Source of the DNA: Bacillota bacterium
GTDB lineage: Bacteria; Bacillota; Clostridia; Peptostreptococcales; Anaerovoracaceae
Length of the DNA: 64,000 nucleotides
Direction: 5' to 3'
Assembly: GCA_017459895.1 (NCBI GenBank)
Contig: JAFUCA010000003.1
Span: forward strand, 25,020 to 89,019
Each line of letters opens with the position of its first letter. Position 1 is the first letter of the stretch. Below, one piece after another: positions 57,068-64,000 of this stretch. The notes under the pieces are model-generated. The model had not been told where the DNA came from. It saw nothing but the letters and a program-made list of their open reading frames with translations, and did not search any database. A program made the position numbers and the translations under genes.

Positions 57068-59149
57068 ATGACGATGAAACGACCTTTGAATACGGTGATC
57101 GAACTTGCCTGTCTGGCAATGGTTCTGGCGATGACGGCGGCGGCCCTCTGCGTCTATCACGCGGACGGCAGAGGCCTTCTGATCTTCACGGCCTTTATCG
57201 TGTTCTATGTCCAGCTTCCCGGGCAGTGGCTGGTCCGGCTCGCGGGGATCCGTTTCGAACACGTGCCGGCCGTCCTGGCCAGCGGCTTCTTCACCGGCTG
57301 GGCATTCGTCACGCTGCAGTATTTCATCACGGAGTTCGTACCCGGAGATCTGATTCTCTACGGGACGGGTCCGGTGTGTTCTGTGATCTATCTCATCACC
57401 CTGGCCCTCTCCCGCAGGGGGGACGCGGCCCAAAGGCTGGAGCAGCGTTCCTGGCTGACACCCTCATTCTGTATCTTCCTGGTGCTGTGCCTGCTCTACT
57501 CCATGATGCTGACGCAGTACCTTTACCTGTCGCCCTCGGTGGATCAGACGATCACCATGAACCCGGACAAGGGCTTTCATCTGGGGCTGATCAATTCCCT
57601 GTCCCACGGCTATCCGCTGGAATGTCCGTGGTTCGCGGGGCTCTACTTCAATTACCACATATTCACCGAGCTGCTCTATTCCGTTCCGATCCGGCTGTTC
57701 GGTCTGACGGCCGACACCCTGCTGTTCACCTGCGGCCCCTACATGACGGTCTATGCCTTCGGCATGTCCCTGCACGCCTTCTTCAGTGAACTGTGCCGCA
57801 GACCGGAGCGGGCGGGACTCTACTGCCTGGCGGTGATCCTTTCGAATATTTTCATCGCCCGGGGCATTGACCGGTCCATCGCCTTCCTGTTCATCTTCCG
57901 GAATGAGAACGTCGCCGGATACGGGATCAGCTGCGCGATGATCGTGGTCGTCCTGCTGCATCGCTGGTATCAGAAGCATGAAAGCGGGCTGGCTCTTCGG
58001 CCCTTCCTGATCCTTCTGGGACTCGTCATGCTGAACACCGGCATCAAGGGCCCCTTCGGCATCGTCCTCGTGGCTTCCATGTGGGGGACCTTCCTTCTGG
58101 GGCTGATCCTGCGCAGGGTCCGCCTGCGCACCATCCTTCCGCTGATCCTTCTCTCCGCCGGATTCTACGTGATCTATGCCATCGTGCTGGGATCCAAAGG
58201 CCAGTCTGTCAGTGCGGGAGAGTCTCTGATCGCTCTGGCGAACATACTGAACATCACGTTCTACAAGGCGCCTCTGATCGCCCTGATGAAATCCCTGGGG
58301 CTGCCGGGCATCCTTCGGTATGCCGTGCTCCTCGCTGCCTTCACCGTATGCCTTCTGACCGCCTTCTTCCTGCCCTTCGTGATCGGCTATATCCGGGAGC
58401 TGTTTCTGGTTCTCACCGGCAGGAAAGAGTTTGACTTCACCCGGGTGGTTGTCTACGCGGCGTCCCTGGTGGGATTCATCGCCATGATGCTGCTCAACTA
58501 CCACGGACACAGCCAGATCTACTTCGGCTTCGTGACCGTCTTCTTCGCTCCCCTGATCGCCTTCTGGTTCTTCGAAGACATGGAAGAGCACCGGGGCATT
58601 CTGATGAAGCTGGTCCGGTTCCTGTTCGTCGCCGCGCTGGTCCTGTCCGCTGCCGGACTTGCCAGCTTCCTGTATACTCAGAGCGCCGAAGCCATTGACT
58701 CGGCGGATCCCGCCGCCGGCGGCGGCAAGTACAAGTCCATCAGCCATCAGGAATACGAAGCGATGCGATGGATCGATGAGAACACAGCGAAGGACGCGCT
58801 CCTCGCCACCGACCGGTACTACTCCGTTTCGCCGAAGAAATTCGACGTGACCGACCGCTGGGACAACCGGTTCTTCCTGTATGCGGACTACTCCAACCGG
58901 ATCTGTTACCTGGCGGGGGCCGGATACAATCTGCCGGCCAGAGACTGGCAGAAACGGCTCGACCGGATCAAGATCAACAACCGTCTCTTTGACCCGGCGG
59001 ACGAAGAGCGGGGCGAGCTTGCCCGAAGCCTTGGGGTCGACTACGTCGTCTTATCCAAACGGTTTACCGACGCGGGAGATCTTTCGAATCCGGATTACCG
59101 GCTCTGTTTCAGCAATGACGATATTGATGTTTATGAGATCACGGAATAA
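57068..59149 (+). CDS. Large polytopic membrane protein, probable GT-C fold glycosyltransferase
   Basis: Many TM helices, loop D..FHLGLINSL..YP....FAG..FNYH, KGP, C-terminal soluble domain (EAMRWIDENT..D); GAGGTGG SD. Confidence 0.65.
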   Translation: MTMKRPLNTVIELACLAMVLAMTAAALCVYHADGRGLLIFTAFIVFYVQLPGQWLVRLAGIRFEHVPAVLASGFFTGWAFVTLQYFITEFVPGDLILYGTGPVCSVIYLITLALSRRGDAAQRLEQRSWLTPSFCIFLVLCLLYSMMLTQYLYLSPSVDQTITMNPDKGFHLGLINSLSHGYPLECPWFAGLYFNYHIFTELLYSVPIRLFGLTADTLLFTCGPYMTVYAFGMSLHAFFSELCRRPERAGLYCLAVILSNIFIARGIDRSIAFLFIFRNENVAGYGISCAMIVVVLLHRWYQKHESGLALRPFLILLGLVMLNTGIKGPFGIVLVASMWGTFLLGLILRRVRLRTILPLILLSAGFYVIYAIVLGSKGQSVSAGESLIALANILNITFYKAPLIALMKSLGLPGILRYAVLLAAFTVCLLTAFFLPFVIGYIRELFLVLTGRKEFDFTRVVVYAASLVGFIAMMLLNYHGHSQIYFGFVTVFFAPLIAFWFFEDMEEHRGILMKLVRFLFVAALVLSAAGLASFLYTQSAEAIDSADPAAGGGKYKSISHQEYEAMRWIDENTAKDALLATDRYYSVSPKKFDVTDRWDNRFFLYADYSNRICYLAGAGYNLPARDWQKRLDRIKINNRLFDPADEERGELARSLGVDYVVLSKRFTDAGDLSNPDYRLCFSNDDIDVYEITE

Positions 59150-59192
59150 TCACATTTCCATGAGATAATCAACCTGAGGAGGTGCCACAGAA

Positions 59193-59702
59193 ATGAACCA
59201 TATGAACAAAAAAACAACGTTGCTCCTGTTATTCGCGCTGATGCTGTCGATATCCATGATCCTGGCATCCTGCGGTTCGTCCGGCGGGGATACGGCGGTG
59301 CTCAGCGATGAGTCGGCAGAGGTGCCCGATCAGATCAGCCTGATGGATGATCCGGACTGGACCCAGCCCAGCGATCCGAAGCTCGCCAGCAAGGCAGAGA
59401 AGCTGAACGAAGAAGAAGAGAATTTCTACGGTACGTGGATCTCCACCTCCGCCGATACGGAGAACCTGTACGGGAATCTGGAGATCACGATCAAGAAGAA
59501 CGGGACCTTTACGGCGAACATCACCGGAGAGGACTATACCGGCGAGTGGCATAAGATCGACGGCGGCATCGCATACAGCCACGAACTGATCTCCGGCAAG
59601 ATCTACTACGGCCCCACCTGTGTCATGACCTTCGAGGAATTCAGCGAAGAAGGAGAAGATACGGACGATGACATCATGGTCGTCCTGAAGAAAAAGGACT
59701 AA
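59193..59702 (+). CDS. Acidic lipoprotein of unknown function
   Basis: LASC lipobox, FYGTW lipocalin-like motif, GGAGGT SD. Confidence 0.75.
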   Translation: MNHMNKKTTLLLLFALMLSISMILASCGSSGGDTAVLSDESAEVPDQISLMDDPDWTQPSDPKLASKAEKLNEEEENFYGTWISTSADTENLYGNLEITIKKNGTFTANITGEDYTGEWHKIDGGIAYSHELISGKIYYGPTCVMTFEEFSEEGEDTDDDIMVVLKKKD

Positions 59703-59708
59703 ACCCCA

Positions 59709-60962
59709 TCACTTCTCATCAAACAGAAGCTCCGCAACCCTCCGGCTGGCGTTCCCGTCATCCAGAGGGTTGTATTTTTGACGGAAGGCCCGGTACTTTT
59801 CATCGTACTCCTGTGCGCGTCCCTGCGCGCTGCGGATCGCCTGCACGAGCTCATCCTCGGTCTCAACGATGGGTCCGGGCAGTTCCTCCAGATCGATGTA
59901 GAATCCCCGGATATCATCGGCATAGGCCTGCCGGTCATACATATAATAGATCATCGGCCGCTGCAGGTTGGCATAGTCGAAGAAAACGCTGGAATAGTCC
60001 GTGATCAGCAGATCCGACACCGCATACAGGGGCGTAATGTCGTCCAGGGAGGACACATCGTAGACGAAACCCTTCGCCTGATCGAAATCAAACTGCCGGG
60101 CAACGAAGTAATGGACCCGCAGCAGGACCACGTACTCCCCGCCGAGCTCCCTCTGCAGCCGGTCAAAATCGATGGCCAGATCGTAGACATAGCCGGCCCC
60201 GTTGTGCTGATTATCCCGGAAGGTCGGGGCGTACAGAATCACCTTCTTATCCTCCGGAAGCCCCAGCCTTTGCTTCTGCTCCCGGACAAAAGCCTCATCC
60301 ACATGAGAAAGCAGATCGTTTCTCGGATACCCGGTCTGAACCACGATGTGCTCCAGTCCCAGCGGCTTCAGACGAAAGGCGCTGGTAAACTTCTCCGCGG
60401 CGAAGGCGGAAGGCGCGATGAAATAATCGTAACGGACCACATCCAGATCGTTCTTGCTTCGGATCTCCTCCAGAGAATTCAGCGCATTACCCTCCTGGGC
60501 CTCGATATCGCAGCGCAGCTTCTTCAGCGGAGTCCCGTGCCAGGTCTGCAGAAACACCTGACCCGGCCGCTTCATGATCCCGTAATCCAGATTGGAATTC
60601 GTAATGACGTATTTCGCCTGGGCGTAGGCTTCATAGTAGCCTTTGGAACGCAGCCCCACGATGTTCGCTTTTTCCAGCTGAGGAAATGTCCGGACCTTCT
60701 GCGGATCGTTGAGCACCCACACATAGCGGTATTCCGAAAAGCGGGGATCCGCCAGCATGTATTCGTAGATCGCCCTGGGATTGTCACCGTACTGGCGCCC
60801 CATGAAGGTCTCGAAGATGACCAGATGATCGTCCAGCGGATACTCCCGGGCGGCGCCCCGGTACTTTCTCTGTTTCAGCGCGACATGAACCTCACGAACC
60901 CTGACTCTCAGCATCGGATGATGCATCAGAAACCTGCGGATATACTTCTTTAATAATTCCAT
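59709..60962 (-). CDS. tagF: CDP-glycerol:poly(glycerophosphate) glycerophosphotransferase
   Basis: YGDNPRAIYEY, QTWHGTPLKK, GYPRND, LYAPTFRD, LITDYSSVFFDY. Confidence 0.92.
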   Translation of the reverse strand: MELLKKYIRRFLMHHPMLRVRVREVHVALKQRKYRGAAREYPLDDHLVIFETFMGRQYGDNPRAIYEYMLADPRFSEYRYVWVLNDPQKVRTFPQLEKANIVGLRSKGYYEAYAQAKYVITNSNLDYGIMKRPGQVFLQTWHGTPLKKLRCDIEAQEGNALNSLEEIRSKNDLDVVRYDYFIAPSAFAAEKFTSAFRLKPLGLEHIVVQTGYPRNDLLSHVDEAFVREQKQRLGLPEDKKVILYAPTFRDNQHNGAGYVYDLAIDFDRLQRELGGEYVVLLRVHYFVARQFDFDQAKGFVYDVSSLDDITPLYAVSDLLITDYSSVFFDYANLQRPMIYYMYDRQAYADDIRGFYIDLEELPGPIVETEDELVQAIRSAQGRAQEYDEKYRAFRQKYNPLDDGNASRRVAELLFDEK

Positions 60963-62067
60963 AGATGAAATCCCCCAGCCTGGCCGTGCAGGCATCCGTA
61001 TCGATCGAAATGTATTTATCCCTGAACCTGTACAGTTCATCGTAGTCGTAGGGCTTTGCCAGCAGATCCGACAGCTGCAGACCGGTGATCGCGGCGGCGT
61101 GCGGCATCTCGGCGCGCGGATCGATATTCAGACCCACCGCCTGCTCGTATTCGGAAACATCGTAGAGGTAAAAATACAGAGGTTTTCCGGTGAGCGTCGC
61201 CTCCACGCCCAGAGCTGAATAGTCGGTGATCATGCGGTCGCAGGCCCGGATCCACTCCTGGGTGCTCCGGCTTCGGTCGAAGATCACCTGCAGATCCCCC
61301 CGGTCCGCATCCGTCAGGGACGGCTCGCTGTCCAGCGGATGAAGCCGTACCACGAGAGTGAACCGGTCCGGATCGATGGACCGGATCAGCTCCTTCAGAC
61401 GGACCGGCTTCCCCTTGCGGAAGGTCGGCAGGTACAGAAGCATTTCCCGGCTCTGCGGGATCCCGTAAGCGCTGCGGATGGCCGATGCGGTGTCCGCGGA
61501 ATTCCAGATCAGGTCCAGCCTGGGAAGTCCCATATACAAAAGCTGGTCCGGCCGGGCCCGGAAGGCTTCGCAGAAGATGCGGCCCATTTCCGGTCCGGGG
61601 CAGAGAATGTAATCGTAGTTGCGGTGCATGCACATGGCCTCCGCCACCTGAGCGCTGCGGCCCGCGCTGCGGCCGATGGACTGGTATCCGAATTTCTTGA
61701 CCGCGGCCACCGCATGCCACATCTGCAGGATCTTCGTTTCCGGTTTGTGATGCAGGACACATGCGGTGATGCAGTATCCGTCCAGAACAACGACCCGGGA
61801 GGACGCGATCTGCCGCATCTGTGTGATCATGTGGGGAGCATACCGGATCTTCCCCGCGATTCCATCCCCGATGAATCTGCACAGAACCACGCATTCGATC
61901 CGGGGATACCGCAGCTGCAGATAATCGGACAGCATCTTGATGTCCACGGAAGGCTGATCGCTTTGCCGTGAGATGATGGTCACCTTGTCCCGGACCCTGC
62001 GGCAGCGGATCGGAGCGTAGATCAGCCGCAGAAGGAGCACGAATGCTTTCATGAGAAACCGCTTCAT
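60892..62067 (-). CDS. tagB: Teichoic acid primase-like glycerophosphotransferase (TagB-like)
   Basis: QMWHAVAAVKKFG, GLPRLD, LYLPTFR, ITDYSA. Confidence 0.78.
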   Translation of the reverse strand: MKRFLMKAFVLLLRLIYAPIRCRRVRDKVTIISRQSDQPSVDIKMLSDYLQLRYPRIECVVLCRFIGDGIAGKIRYAPHMITQMRQIASSRVVVLDGYCITACVLHHKPETKILQMWHAVAAVKKFGYQSIGRSAGRSAQVAEAMCMHRNYDYILCPGPEMGRIFCEAFRARPDQLLYMGLPRLDLIWNSADTASAIRSAYGIPQSREMLLYLPTFRKGKPVRLKELIRSIDPDRFTLVVRLHPLDSEPSLTDADRGDLQVIFDRSRSTQEWIRACDRMITDYSALGVEATLTGKPLYFYLYDVSEYEQAVGLNIDPRAEMPHAAAITGLQLSDLLAKPYDYDELYRFRDKYISIDTDACTARLGDFIYGIIKEVYPQVSDASSDAESQGS

Positions 62068-63038
62068 GAATGTGCCTCTGTCTCCTGCAGGGGTTTTTTG
62101 CTCAGGGCGGCGGCATCCGCCAGCTCCTTCAGCGCCCGCTCGGGATCCGAGCCCAGATACTTATTGACCCGTTTCGCCCTGCGTTTCATGTCCTTGAATC
62201 TCGCCAGCGCCGCGTCGGCCATCGCCTTCGCCTCCTCGGTCCCCAGCCGGACCGCCTCCGCCTGGGCGAACACCGCGTCCTTCTTCGCCTTGCTGCGCAG
62301 TTTGGCTGCTTTTCCCGCGGCATCGTAGAGCTCAATGGCCGTGTCGATGTCTCCATCGAATTTCACCTCGCCCTTGACCAGAAAGATCCCTCGGGAGCAG
62401 AACTGACGGGCAGTGCCGGTGGAATGGGTGACGAACAGAAGCGTAACGTGATCGTTCTCGATGATGCCGTTCACCTTCTCAAGGCATTTGGCGCGGAACT
62501 CCCGGTCACCGACGCTCAGCGCCTCATCGACGATCAGGATCTCCGGGTGGATATTGACATTGACCGCGAATCCCAGCCGGGCCTTCATTCCGCTGGAATA
62601 GGTCCGCACCGGCTGGTCGATATATTCATCCACCTCGGCAAAGTCCACGATCTCCTGCTCCAGCGCGGCGATCTCCTCGTCCCGGAGACCGCAGATCTGT
62701 CCCTTGAGGTAAATATTCTCTCTTCCCGTCAGCTCCGGGTCAAATCCGGAGGTCAGCTCCAGCAGAGCGCTGACCCGGCCCCTGACGTCGATGGTGCCTT
62801 TGGTGGGATAGGATACGCCGGTGATCATCTTGAGAATGGTGGACTTACCGGCGCCGTTTCTGCCGAAAAAGGCAACGGTCTCCCCCCGGTGCACCTGAAA
62901 GCTGACGTCATTGACCGCGATGCGTTCCTTGAATTTCACTTTTTTGGAGAACACCCCAAAAAGCCGCTTCGTGTCGTTTTTGTACAGCTTGAATCTCTTT
63001 GTTACGTGATCAAAGTTGATGACGATATCTTTTTCCAT
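62064..63038 (-). CDS. tagH: Teichoic acid export ABC transporter ATP-binding subunit
   Basis: GRNGAGKST, YSSGMKARLGFA, VDEALSVGD, VTHS. Confidence 0.9.
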   Translation of the reverse strand: MEKDIVINFDHVTKRFKLYKNDTKRLFGVFSKKVKFKERIAVNDVSFQVHRGETVAFFGRNGAGKSTILKMITGVSYPTKGTIDVRGRVSALLELTSGFDPELTGRENIYLKGQICGLRDEEIAALEQEIVDFAEVDEYIDQPVRTYSSGMKARLGFAVNVNIHPEILIVDEALSVGDREFRAKCLEKVNGIIENDHVTLLFVTHSTGTARQFCSRGIFLVKGEVKFDGDIDTAIELYDAAGKAAKLRSKAKKDAVFAQAEAVRLGTEEAKAMADAALARFKDMKRRAKRVNKYLGSDPERALKELADAAALSKKPLQETEAHS

Positions 63039-63058
63039 CGGTATTCCTCGGTCCTCCA

Positions 63059-63865
63059 TCAAAGCACGTCCGGGATCTCCCGGAGCAGCCGGCGATAGCT
63101 CCAGACGGCAAGCAGGATCATAATGATAAACAGAAACAGGAAAATACCCAGCTGCAGAGGCTCCTCCCAGAACCAGGTCTTGTAGATGAAGCAGTTGCGG
63201 TAGCCGGTGGCGAAATAAGTTACCGGATTAAAGTACAGCACCTTCTGCAGCCATGGAATATGGATCTTGTTCACATCCCAGAGGATGCCCGACAGCCAGA
63301 AGATCGGCTGTTTCACGGACTTGACCATATTCAGGAAGTCCCGGCTCATCGCGCCGAACATGGAGGCAAACAGGCCCCAGCTGACGAAATACAGTGCCAT
63401 GAAGAATGTATAGAAGGGCAGCTGCACCCAGTAAATATCCGGAAAGTGTCCTGTGATAATATACAGAAGCATGACGATGACCACCAGAACCAGATGGACC
63501 GCCAGCGTTGAGAGCGTCACAAAGGTCGGTATGGTCGATACCGGAAATTTCAGCTTGGTGACGAGATAGCGGTATCTGCGGATCGCGCTCGCGCCGCCGC
63601 TGATCATGTCTCCCATAAAAAACCAGGCGACAAAACCCGGCATCATCCATAAGATGAACGGATAGCCGTTGACCGCGCCGCCTCCCCGCAGGCCATAGGT
63701 GAACGCAAACCAGAAGACCATGATGGTCAGGGTCGGTTTGACCAGCGCCCAGGCCCATCCCAGCGCCGTACCGCTGTATTCTTTGATGAGGTCGGCCTTC
63801 GCCAGCTTCAGGATCTGTCCCCGCCACTCTATGTGTTCTGACCATATCGTTCGAATGGTTGACAT
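63059..63865 (-). CDS. tagG: Teichoic acid export ABC transporter permease
   Basis: YSGTALGWAWALVKP, FWLSGILW, NPVTYFATGYR; start MSTIRT after GAGGAG. Confidence 0.9.
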   Translation of the reverse strand: MSTIRTIWSEHIEWRGQILKLAKADLIKEYSGTALGWAWALVKPTLTIMVFWFAFTYGLRGGGAVNGYPFILWMMPGFVAWFFMGDMISGGASAIRRYRYLVTKLKFPVSTIPTFVTLSTLAVHLVLVVIVMLLYIITGHFPDIYWVQLPFYTFFMALYFVSWGLFASMFGAMSRDFLNMVKSVKQPIFWLSGILWDVNKIHIPWLQKVLYFNPVTYFATGYRNCFIYKTWFWEEPLQLGIFLFLFIIMILLAVWSYRRLLREIPDVL

Positions 63866-63973
63866 GCAGTGCTCCTCATAAAACAAAACGACAGCACCAC
63901 AGGGGTCTCCGTACGGAGATCCCCATGATGCCTTCTATCTACTTTCTCATCTGCCGATGCGTCGAAAACTATA

Positions 63974-64000
63974 TCAGAAGATGATGACCGTGGTTCCCTT
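63974..64000 (-). CDS. 3' end of an upstream gene (KGTTVIIF*), possibly an L,D-transpeptidase (YkuD) C-terminus
   Basis: Only 8 codons visible; GTxVxI is a common YkuD terminus. Confidence 0.3.
   Translation of the reverse strand, partial: KGTTVIIF

Noticed and set aside
1562-63098. Many long opposite-strand ORFs (e.g. 2714-4630, 4831-6798, 17007-19130, 21844-24195, 31316-33715, 36703-38181, 44304-46370)
   Set aside because: Antisense shadows of real genes caused by GC-rich codon usage; no recognisable motifs or SDs
63897-63930. Hairpin GGGGTCTCCG-TA-CGGAGATCCC upstream of tagG as a riboswitch
   Set aside because: No aptamer consensus; most simply a terminator or processing stem after the upstream gene

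Overview
Core-chromosome segment (GC-rich coding DNA, mostly minus-strand genes) of an anaerobic Clostridia-class Firmicute; an Anaerovoracaceae-like lineage is my inference only. No rRNA, tRNA, CRISPR array, IS or prophage was seen. Gene content in order: a partial multi-TM LuxR regulator missed by the ORF track, nifJ, tex, CDF transporter, MalY/PatB, an SOS-boxed UvrD/PcrA helicase, sortase B, a porCDAB-iorAB-paaK-ACT operon, cysteine desulfurase-thiI, rny, radC-minD, nrdR-cmk, a glycine-riboswitch-controlled Ala/Gly symporter, a lipoprotein trigger-factor homologue, an EF-G/TetM-like GTPase fused to a Rae1/YacP NYN nuclease, infC(AUU)-rpmI-rplT with an L20 leader, a sigma54 module (activator, three UAS palindromes, -24/-12 promoter) driving a CoA-acylating aldehyde dehydrogenase and a class III aminotransferase, lexA, and a ~24 kb teichoic-acid/cell-wall cluster. 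The most notable signals are (1) a helically phased array of TGTCACGC-N9-TTTT-N9-YGTGACAAT units in the radC leader, (2) the apparently leaderless GTPase-NYN fusion, and (3) the sigma54 omega-amino-compound catabolic pair. Family calls come from motif recognition by eye, not database searches.
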